A stretch of 64,000 bases of DNA. Origin: Glycera tridactyla. Taxonomy: Eukaryota. Below, in pieces: positions 13,595 through 22,041 of the stretch (the first letter of the stretch is position 1; the number at the start of each line of letters is the position of its first letter). The position numbers were made by a program, and so were the translations under genes. The DNA is taken from assembly GCA_965644265.1 (NCBI GenBank), contig OZ286461.1, forward strand, positions 42,098,001 through 42,162,000, in the 5' to 3' direction. A model generated the notes under the pieces. The model had not been told where the DNA came from. It was given only the letters and a program-made list of their open reading frames with translations, and made no database searches.

Positions 13595-15784
13595 TCAATA
13601 TTGTTCAACATGTTTTTTCCATGATACAGAAGCTCGGTGCCTGAAATTTTTCCTACTCATATCGTAGTGCCATCGATTGATTTCTACTAGATTTTTATTT
13701 CGAGATCTGGTTTCATGTGCATGTTGTGGCTGTGATAAGCTGCACAGTGCTTCTGATAGATAATTGTCAGATAGCATTTTTTTAACAAATATAATTTCAT
13801 GTTCTCTCCTTCTATCTTCTAGTAGTTGGACATTGAGATTATGATGTAGTTGGATTGTGCTATATCTTCTGGGTTTTCTGTCGACAAATCTTAGTGCTGC
13901 ATTTTGTAGTTTCTGCAGACTTTGATTGTCTCTCTGAGATAGACAATTAAAGGTAATATCACCATAGTCAAATATTGGCAAGATTAGGGTCCTGTACAGC
14001 ATCAGAGCTGTTTTCCGGCTGATCACTGGTCTGAGTCTGCCCAGGACTCCAATCTTGCCAATAGTCTTTGATCTTATATAGGAGACGTGTTCTTTGAACG
14101 TGAGGCTTTGGTCTAGAATAATATCTAGATATTTAGCACTAGCCACACGTTTAATTTCAATTTCTCCCAAAGACAGTGACAAATCAGAGTACTTTTGCAG
14201 ATGATGCGGCAACCCAAAGACAGTGTAGTTGGTCTCCTTTAAGTTCAAGCTGAGACGATTCATGTTCATCCACTTGGCAACTTCTATCATTATATAATTT
14301 AACTTAGTTTGAATAGCAATTGGACAATTGCTGGTAATATTTATTGCCGTATCATCTGCGTAAAGTTTGGTGAAGAGACTGGTGTGTTCAACTTCCGGCG
14401 TGGCGCTCCTTAGGTACGATGGTAGATCATTAATATATATCGTAAATAGCAGGGGTCCCAATATGGAACCTTGCGGAACGCCGCACCGGACATGTTGCCG
14501 TGGTGAAATAATATTACCTATTTTGGTCACGCAGAATCTCAAGGTGAGGTAACTTTCTATCCATCTTACACTAGGCTTATCTATTCCAAACAATCCCAGT
14601 TTCTTCACCAAGATCGCATGGTCTACCGTGTCGAAAGCCTTCTTTAGATCAAGAAAGACCGTTCCAGTGGCGCACCCCGCCTCCATCCCTAGGTATAATT
14701 TATCCAGGAATTCTAGGAGGCAGCTGCCAGTGGAGCGGCCTCTCCTAAATCCAGACTGCTCTCGACACAGTAGACCCATGCGTTCAATGTAGCCATATAT
14801 TTGCTGATGGACAAGTCGTTCTAGAACCTTGCTACATGTTGATAAAAGGCTGATTGGTCTATAATTGTCAGGCATTGAGTGATCGCCTTCCTTATATAGT
14901 GGGATTATAGTGGCATCTTTCCACACTTGTGGGAAGACACTTTCCCTTATACTTCGATTAAAGATGTATCTCAGAATTGGAAGTAAGCTGTTTGTGCATT
15001 TCAATAGTACCCGCGATGGAAGGCCATCCTCTCTGCCTGACATAGAAGGGTCGATTTTCTTGATCGCAGTCAAGATATCAGAGTTGGTAACTTCGCATAA
15101 TGAGAAGGTGTTGCTGTAATTGTAAGGAAAGTATCTGAATGGATCTCCGGTGATATTAGGGATTTCTGAAGATAGCCTTTGGCCTATAAATGCAAAGTGG
15201 TCATTTAAGACATCAGGAATTTCTGAAGGGTCTGTGACATCATTAATTTTATTTATAGTAACGTGGTTTTTATCAGTGCGCCAGAATTCACGAAAAGTTT
15301 TCCATAGCTGCTTCATATTTGATTCAGCATTTTTCAGTCTATCCTCTATGTATCCCTTTTGTAGAGATAATTTAAGAGAGTTACAATTGTTGACAATCCT
15401 TTTTTTCTCTAAATGGTTTTCCATGGTAGGATTCAGCCTGAAGGTTTCACTGGCCCGTTCTCTATCACGGGTCGCATCCAGATACTCTCCTGTTACCCAA
15501 TCAGGGACACCTTCTCGAACTTTGTATTTCTTCAATGGGATACATGTATCCACTATGGATGATATAGTGTACAAAGCTTCTGACGTACATTCATCTAAGT
15601 TTCTAGAATCAACCAGGACACCAGACCAGTCATACTCGTTGATCTTTTTTGTAATAAGGTCATAATTTGCATTTTTAAAATTCCTAAGAAAAATGTATTT
15701 AGATTTCCTAGAAAGTCTTGCCTTTTTTCGTGTTGTGAATATTAGTGTATGGTCAGATATTCCAAGGTCTATAACTCCTGCCAT
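13595..15784 (-). CDS. ORF2 reverse transcriptase (L2/CR1-type)
   Basis: Motifs present: YRPISLL, QSGFR, FLDLKKAFDTVDH, GVPQGSILGPLLFTIYINDLP, YADD and NRLSLN. KYLD replaces the usual KYLG, which suggests decay. Confidence 0.95.
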   Translation of the reverse strand: MAGVIDLGISDHTLIFTTRKKARLSRKSKYIFLRNFKNANYDLITKKINEYDWSGVLVDSRNLDECTSEALYTISSIVDTCIPLKKYKVREGVPDWVTGEYLDATRDRERASETFRLNPTMENHLEKKRIVNNCNSLKLSLQKGYIEDRLKNAESNMKQLWKTFREFWRTDKNHVTINKINDVTDPSEIPDVLNDHFAFIGQRLSSEIPNITGDPFRYFPYNYSNTFSLCEVTNSDILTAIKKIDPSMSGREDGLPSRVLLKCTNSLLPILRYIFNRSIRESVFPQVWKDATIIPLYKEGDHSMPDNYRPISLLSTCSKVLERLVHQQIYGYIERMGLLCREQSGFRRGRSTGSCLLEFLDKLYLGMEAGCATGTVFLDLKKAFDTVDHAILVKKLGLFGIDKPSVRWIESYLTLRFCVTKIGNIISPRQHVRCGVPQGSILGPLLFTIYINDLPSYLRSATPEVEHTSLFTKLYADDTAINITSNCPIAIQTKLNYIMIEVAKWMNMNRLSLNLKETNYTVFGLPHHLQKYSDLSLSLGEIEIKRVASAKYLDIILDQSLTFKEHVSYIRSKTIGKIGVLGRLRPVISRKTALMLYRTLILPIFDYGDITFNCLSQRDNQSLQKLQNAALRFVDRKPRRYSTIQLHHNLNVQLLEDRRREHEIIFVKKMLSDNYLSEALCSLSQPQHAHETRSRNKNLVEINRWHYDMSRKNFRHRASVSWKKHVEQY

Positions 15785-16464
15785 CCGATAATTTTCTTTA
15801 TTATTTGTATATATATATGGTCTATGCAGGTTCGACTAGTGGTGGTTATTCTAGTAGGTTCACTAATCATCTGGACCAGTTGATTCGAGCTACAAAAGTT
15901 TCTCGTTAATGTCCATGATGATCCTGGTTTCAAAGTGTCTAGATTATCATCTCCTAGTATTAGAATATCACTAAGGCCGAGTTGGTTGATGTCTAAAATT
16001 TTATTATCCACTATTTCTAGTGCATTCCCAGGCGATCCTGAAGGGGGTCTATAAAGGCCACAAATGTATGTTGGTCTGGTGTCCGGTAGATTTAGGCGAA
16101 ACCATATACATTCAACATCCAAATTACATAAGGACCATTCGACGAGGAAATCTATCTGACGATCCTCCCTATAATATACAAGAAGTCCTCCTCCTCCACG
16201 TATTCCCATGCCTCCATCTCTGTCACTTCTCATGATGCGATAGCCAGGTATCCTTAACTCATGATCTTTGATGGTATTGTTTGAAAAAGTTTCTCCTAAT
16301 ATTAATATGTTCAAATCACTTTCGTGAAGCAATATTCTAATTTCATCAATTTTTCGTACAACGCTGCGTACATTCAGATATCCAATACTTATGCCATTGA
16401 GTTTTCTTAAATCGCATGCATGAGATGCTTCAGATATGGTTTCAGGTGTATATCGCTTGACATG
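15785..16464 (-). pseudogene. ORF2 APE endonuclease domain, frameshifted from RT
   Basis: The frame is open upstream of the track's start and reads ...GISIGYLNVRS...LGET...GYRIMRSDR..RGGG..YRPP..GDDN..EPTR...CIDHIY. An extra AT in the (AT)n run at ~15808-15818 breaks the join. Removing it gives DHIYTNNKENYRMAGVIDLGISDH. Confidence 0.9.
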
Positions 16465-17258
16465 TCATGGTAAAGTAGATGCCCCTTGCGTCAGATAGTG
16501 TTCCTTCTTGTTTCTCCTATTATCGATATACGGCGTATACTGAGAATTAAATGGGTCAGATGAAATGGAATGATATGATGAAAACGAACAATTAGCCAAC
16601 TTTGTTGGTTCAACAATTATACAATTTGTCTATATACAGTCGAAAGTTGTTGATATTGCGATGGGGTAGTAGTAAGGTTTTCTAATGTTGTAGAGCTTTC
16701 ACTGGGGGGGGGGTGTCGGAGTTCATATTAAATATATGCATGCCTGATCTATGCAATTGCTAACCGTATCTTCTCATTGGACGGTAAATTCTGGTGTATT
16801 ATATATGTTGGGTTCTGTATGATGATTTATTTTTAGCAGCCTCGACTCAAATACCTTCATTCCTACCATGATGATTACCAAGTTACCAAGGAAACCCATA
16901 GTTGGAAATAGGATTGGGCCAAGGCTCCGGTAAAATTTGTATTCAGTATTATGAGGCAAGATGAAGTTCCAAGTCACCAAGGATTTCATGTTGTCCCAGT
17001 ATACTTGTCTGCTTTGTGCTGGAAGCCAATCTTTGTTTGCAGTCCCATAACCAACCTTAGAGTCAAGTATCATTTGTGCATGCTGCTCTGGCGACCCTTA
17101 CATTCGTATCACATAATGCCTGTAATCATATAGCACCCATCAAACATCAACAAGCACATCAATCAAGTCTGGGCAGTGATTATTAGTTGATTGGGTATTC
17201 GTTATTGGAGCTGTTCATCCATTGGTTGGTTTACATTTGTATATGAATTTGATCATAT

Positions 17259-18155
17259 CTAACTTTTGATCTTTTTTGAGGCTGGCTCACCGGATTTGGA
17301 TGCACCACTATTCCTCCAGTGTTCAGGCGTAACATTGGTAATGCAAATTGCCACCGCTTGATAGCCAAGGTTATTAAGGTGAACATCATCTATCTGAAAG
17401 CCCTTCAAAGTAACGCCGAATTTCCTCTTACGAGAACCATGTTTCGCTTTCTTGCGGAATCTTTGGGCTATTCCCTCCTTTTGGTACATATCATTATATA
17501 ACAAATGGAGATGCATAAAACGTACACAGTCTGGACTCGTTACAGTGCAACATTTCCTCACATGGGAATCGATACATATTGCTACCTGTTTGGTAGGCTT
17601 CTTCCAATAAGATCGCCATATGACTGGGGGTATCAATATGGTTGCTTTAGGAAAGATGGCCTGGCTAATCCTCGGGTAAAGACCCTCAAGGAATTCTGTT
17701 TGTGCGGTAATGATGTTTCGTTTCTCAATTCGCGGATCTATGTGGTGTGTTTGGTCGAGTCTGTATTTCTGGAAGTTGTCGGCATCGTTGGACCCTAAGA
17801 TCATGATTATATAGTTTGGTTTAATTTCTCTGTCTTTAATACGTTGCAAGGTATTCCCGTATTTTTGTTGCCTATAGACAGTGGTATTTCCCTGAAATTC
17901 CTGCGCAAACGTATACCACCTAGCGCCACCGATTCCGAAGAATTTCCACTGCTTGCTATGTCCTTTTAATGATTCAGAAGTGAAGGCGTTAACATGATTA
18001 CCCAGGTGATGAGCGTGGCTTGACCCCGTAATGAGTACACATGGTGACGCTGATTGTGCAAGGGTATTCCTGTATATATATATAGGACATAGCGTGCCTC
18101 CTGCGGTCGATGCCAGCCGACGTTTAGCGATTTCCTCGTATTCGGCAACACTCAT
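17259..18155 (-). CDS. SGNH/GDSL-family esterase, 298 aa, element-encoded
   Basis: All four SGNH blocks are present in order: VLITGSSH (block I, Ser), FFGIGGAR (II, Gly), IMILGSND (III, Asn) and DDVHLNNLGY (V, DxxH). Confidence 0.88.
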   Translation of the reverse strand: MSVAEYEEIAKRRLASTAGGTLCPIYIYRNTLAQSASPCVLITGSSHAHHLGNHVNAFTSESLKGHSKQWKFFGIGGARWYTFAQEFQGNTTVYRQQKYGNTLQRIKDREIKPNYIIMILGSNDADNFQKYRLDQTHHIDPRIEKRNIITAQTEFLEGLYPRISQAIFPKATILIPPVIWRSYWKKPTKQVAICIDSHVRKCCTVTSPDCVRFMHLHLLYNDMYQKEGIAQRFRKKAKHGSRKRKFGVTLKGFQIDDVHLNNLGYQAVAICITNVTPEHWRNSGASKSGEPASKKIKS

Positions 18156-18419
18156 CTATAACAAAAATCATGTCCTTGCTTTTAATCTATTGTACGATAT
18201 CATCCTATGATTATGATCAAACACATATCAAAGATTTGCGAATATCAGTTGGCTTTTACCCGATGGGTGGGCGTTCGCGAGTATTTGGGTTATGGGTCAG
18301 GTCAAAGGTTAAAGGTTAGTTCATTATACATGTCAATCATGATTGGGGTGGTCAGTCTTGTCTGGTTGAATTACTTGAAATGCTATTTAGGTTTTCCGAT
18401 TAAAGGATACGATTCTTAC
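18156..18419 (-). other. Putative spliceosomal GT-AG intron (264 nt) inside the LINE
   Basis: On the minus strand it reads ACG|GTAAGA ... GATTTTTGTTATAG|ATG. The AG directly abuts the esterase ATG and the join is in frame. Confidence 0.55.
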
Positions 18420-18485
18420 CGTGTCGTCTGTATCGTCTTCACTATCGAATGTGTTTATGTACCATATGTGCTTATGTAGTTCCAT
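18420..18485 (-). CDS. Putative 22-codon exon (MELHKHIWYINTFDSEDDTDDT) upstream of the esterase
   Basis: Its ATG at 18485 lies 11 nt upstream of the ORF1 TAA, in the +1 frame. It is 66 nt and ends at the donor ACG|gtaaga in phase 0. Confidence 0.55.
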
Positions 18486-19989
18486 CTTCGATGTGCTCTT
18501 CGTCTAGAATTCCGAACGAATTTGAAAGAGGAACCGTATCGCCTGTTGGTTTCGCCACTGGCGCGCCTTTTGTTATTGGCCGGCTGGGCTTTGCTGGTTT
18601 CAGAAAAGCTCCACCATTTGCACTCGTGTCATTCTGTGGAACTAATGGTTCTAGGTGATTACCGTTATTGGAGGGGCTTTCTTTTCCAATCTGTGCATTT
18701 TTTAGCCATTTTTGGAAGAAATCACTCATTTTAGAATTTGTTCTACCAGATTTATTTTCATCATTTACATGTTCCGGAACTATATCGGCTGGTGTTTGTA
18801 ACTTATCTTCTGACTTGCTCTTCTGAATGTTAGGCGGATTGGCGAACATTTGACGAAAAGGTTTACGTGGATAGTCGCATGTTATGCCATTACTGCTCGC
18901 ATCACGATTGCCCTTCTGTTTCTCTGACACTTCCTCGAATCTTATTGGGGGCTTAGTTCTATTAACTTCTCTAGCGGAAATTGACCCTTGCTTATCCAGC
19001 CTAGCTTCAGCACATAGGTCAGATAATCGTTTCATTGAAAATAGTGAGACTCTATTTTTATTTTTATCCATTGAGGCATAGATACGCCCATCCCGGGTCC
19101 AGACGTGATCAAGTTTGCCATCTTTTCGTGCGGATTTGGCTTTCAGAAAGATTTCATTCTCCCTATCTGTTAAATACTCTCTGAAGAAAATGGAAGATTT
19201 TTTGACATTGACCTTATGTATGAACAGCTCCTTTCGAGTGTTAGCATTGGCAAACCGTACTTTGACAGGTCTGGGTTTGTTCTTATCGGGGGGACCAAAG
19301 CGTGCTATCTGAACAATGTCCCCTCTTGCAAGTCCCAGTTTTGTCCTTTCATTCATGATTTTTAACACCTGATCGATCAAAGTTGATTCCTTTTGAAAAG
19401 GTACGCCCTCTATGACAACTATACACAGGCGATCATTTTTCTCTAGTACGTCGACCTTTGCCTCAGTTTTACCTGTTCTAGTGTCCAAACTACCAATTTT
19501 CTCTTCATGGGCCGACACTTTGTTGACAGTGATCCTAAGAGTGGTTGACAATTGTCCAATCTTTTCAATTAGCTCTTTGGTGGGTTGATTCGTTCCTCTT
19601 GTCTTCATTTCTTCTCTTATCTCATCCATGAGTGTTTTCAGGCGTTCGTCGGAGTCTTTTATTTGATGTTCATGGCTATCAACAATTTTTGCCATGTCAT
19701 CAATACACTTCATGATATTGTTATTTGCTTCTTCATCTGCCTTTATCACTGAGTCAATTACGTCTTCTACATATGTCTCTACGCTCTGTTGCCAGCCCTC
19801 ACGAAATGTGTCTAGCTCATCCGATATGCGATTCGCAACGTTTTGTTCCATGTAGTTTGCGCATGTAGATTTCACTGCAGTCTCAAGTACATCATCCATT
19901 GTTTTAAGCTTCGTGTCTACTATATCCTGTATATCGAGCGACTCAGCACGAATGAGGGGGGCACATGGGCATTTACATGTTGTGTACAC
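18472..19989 (-). CDS. LINE ORF1, main part (coiled coil, RRM, CTD; L1-type/Transposase_22-like)
   Basis: A heptad-rich helical stretch ends at ...KVDVLEKNDR. It is followed by RRM motifs IVVIEGVP, ARFG and RPVKVRF, then the CTD motifs IFFREYLT and VWTRDGRI typical of L2/CR1-group ORF1p. The ORF ends in a low-complexity tail with VPLSNSFGIL. Confidence 0.85.
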   Translation of the reverse strand: MYTTCKCPCAPLIRAESLDIQDIVDTKLKTMDDVLETAVKSTCANYMEQNVANRISDELDTFREGWQQSVETYVEDVIDSVIKADEEANNNIMKCIDDMAKIVDSHEHQIKDSDERLKTLMDEIREEMKTRGTNQPTKELIEKIGQLSTTLRITVNKVSAHEEKIGSLDTRTGKTEAKVDVLEKNDRLCIVVIEGVPFQKESTLIDQVLKIMNERTKLGLARGDIVQIARFGPPDKNKPRPVKVRFANANTRKELFIHKVNVKKSSIFFREYLTDRENEIFLKAKSARKDGKLDHVWTRDGRIYASMDKNKNRVSLFSMKRLSDLCAEARLDKQGSISAREVNRTKPPIRFEEVSEKQKGNRDASSNGITCDYPRKPFRQMFANPPNIQKSKSEDKLQTPADIVPEHVNDENKSGRTNSKMSDFFQKWLKNAQIGKESPSNNGNHLEPLVPQNDTSANGGAFLKPAKPSRPITKGAPVAKPTGDTVPLSNSFGILDEEHIEDGTT

Positions 19990-20894
19990 ACCGTCTGAGC
20001 TATGTCCCGCACCACCTCCTGGCTTCCATTAAATGGTATAATCTCCTCTTCTAATTGTTGTTTCACTATTGAACCCATCAATTTCTTGAACGATATTGTT
20101 GATGTGATGGATCTCAATTCATCATTGATAATAGAACGAAAATCACAGCTGACAGGATCTTGTTCATACGAGGATACATTTTTGGTACTATTAGCAAGGT
20201 GGTCGGGTATGTTTGGTAGCGACACCGAAGAAGTGAGTGACATGTTTGTGTGATGAGATATGGTGAGTGAGTTTGGTGGGCTGTGTATGTCAGCTTGTTG
20301 TCTTGCTACATTGTCTCGTAGATCACCTGTGCGAGTATGGACTGTTTCAGCATTCCTGGTGTTATCACCAAGTGTTCTTTCACTGTTTGGGCTTGTATCA
20401 TTTGCCGCGATATCGTCTGACGTATTTTGTAGAAACTCTCCCCTAACCATGTCTGTGTCCCGTTCTGCTTGATTGAACTGAGCACTCACTGTAATACATT
20501 CCGCGTACGTAGGTGTATTGGTCAATGTTCTCAACATAGGACCACCTGAGTTAGTAGACCTAGGAGTTGAACGTGACATACTATCTTCGATTTGGCCACA
20601 CGATGGATCATCAACAGTAAAGGAATCAGCACTTGATCTTATGGGAGACTCTATGACCACGTCAGTCCTTGATGTGTCACTGTGTTTAATCGGACTCGGT
20701 AAAATAGGCTTAAAAGTCTCACCAGTGTCTGTTGTTTGAGGATTCAAAGTAGCCATCTTGTTGTGATCAAGTGGTTTTCCTGACCTCGTCTTTCGGCCGG
20801 TCATTTCGTCTTGTATATCCATTGCACGGCTTATACTATCTTCCAACTCCCTCTTCGCCATCCTGGCTTTCTTCTTAGCTGATTTCGACGGCAT
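19920..20894 (-). CDS. LINE ORF1, N-terminal part (basic N-terminus, then S/T/D-rich disordered region)
   Basis: It starts MPSKSAKKKARMAKRE. It overlaps the next ORF in the -1 frame, and one extra base in the G6 run at 19956-19961 would fuse the two. Confidence 0.65.
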   Translation of the reverse strand: MPSKSAKKKARMAKRELEDSISRAMDIQDEMTGRKTRSGKPLDHNKMATLNPQTTDTGETFKPILPSPIKHSDTSRTDVVIESPIRSSADSFTVDDPSCGQIEDSMSRSTPRSTNSGGPMLRTLTNTPTYAECITVSAQFNQAERDTDMVRGEFLQNTSDDIAANDTSPNSERTLGDNTRNAETVHTRTGDLRDNVARQQADIHSPPNSLTISHHTNMSLTSSVSLPNIPDHLANSTKNVSSYEQDPVSCDFRSIINDELRSITSTISFKKLMGSIVKQQLEEEIIPFNGSQEVVRDIAQTVCTQHVNAHVPPSFVLSRSIYRI

Positions 20895-21998
20895 TGCTAT
20901 TCCAATTTTCAAGTAATCGTTAATAAATCCCCAGAGCTCTTCACGGTGCGTCTACTCCCCACGCATGCAATATGGTCATGTATTCTGAGGGGCCGGGATA
21001 TCCTACAATATACGGGGCAGTCGTCATTTATACTGAAGCGTAATCATACTATCGCAGATGATTGTGATATGACCACGGAGAATATGATTCAACACATATG
21101 TCCAGAGTCGATGAGTAGCATTGTATGGTATGATAGCAATTATAGAGGACATAGATTATAGGCACACAGTCTATGAAATGGGCAAAATAGAATATGACAT
21201 ATCACCATTGTGAAGAAAAGGTATGCATGTTGGCTAGAATACGTGAATTGAGCAAAAGTGTCCAAACTCTGGCCTGCAATGGTCAGTTATATTTTTTGCA
21301 GGAGATGGACTCTTATTGACCCACAAACAAATATATTATGATCAAATATGTAGCCCAATATTTTCAATGCAGGTAATGTTGTAAATCTACAGAAAGGATG
21401 TTCTCATCTAATCCGGTGATATGGGCAACCTCGTTTTTTTGGAGACTATTGATAATCCTCATAGCAAAGGTCAGAATGATCGGAGAAAATGCTGTGCAAT
21501 ACATATGAGCGCTAACAAATTTGGAACAACGTTTTGAAGAATACCAGCATTTGCTATCTCTTCAATTGCTGAAATGCGAAACGGGTCTTTACCATTTGAG
21601 CGAGTCCGGTATGTCTGGATATCTGAGAATGATGTAAGCATGGTACAGTCAGATAGGTAAAGTATGCATGTCAGCACTACACAAACAGCATTCTCTTGTA
21701 TTCCATTTGATCTTAACTGGATTGGCGCACTCCACTTGAAATGATTTTCAGTCATTTGATTGTGGGGTTACGGCTACTATGCCAGTGTCTGCGGCGAATC
21801 CCATCTTTTATGATTGAATGCCCACCTGATATATTTCTATATTAGTGGTTGACGTGATCACCCTATCATCTGACTCTCCCTTTCATCAGCATGCCATAGC
21901 AAAAATGGGAGATTACACACAAATTGATTTATTGTGGAAAGGCTTAGATAAAAGGGCGGCATCGCAAAACATGCCAGAATTGAACAAAATGTGATAAA

Positions 21999-22003
21999 TA
22001 TAT

Positions 22004-22041
<38 letters not shown>
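21999..22041. repeat. (TA)n microsatellite
   Basis: Directly visible, with one interruption. Confidence 0.95.

Larger units (their letters stand above)
13595..20970 (-). mobile_element. Near-full-length non-LTR retrotransposon, L2/CR1 group (Crack/Daphne-like), with extra esterase module; inactive copy
   Basis: ORF1, an SGNH ORF and APE-RT are colinear on one strand. The short 5' UTR contains ggagtagacgcaccgtg about 50-60 nt upstream of the ATG at 20894. Exact ends and TSD could not be determined, and the clade call needs an RT phylogeny. Confidence 0.9.

Noticed and set aside
15150-15665. 171-aa + strand ORF and other short + ORFs over the LINE
   Set aside because: They are antisense shadows of the RT, ORF1 and esterase coding sequence.
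16774-17073. GPCR TM1-like segment (MGFLGNLVII) as the missing receptor exon 1 or a captured GPCR
   Set aside because: It is on the opposite strand to the receptor, lies inside the LINE, and no TM2/TM3 motifs follow.
16420-17250. 2A-like (NPGP) peptide upstream of APE, as in some L2/CR1 elements
   Set aside because: I saw no D(V/I)ExNPGP motif on the element strand.
17119-17290. Splice from the donor CCG|GTGAG at the esterase end to the acceptor TACAG| at 17120
   Set aside because: The join gives a stop after three codons, so no esterase-ORF2 fusion results.
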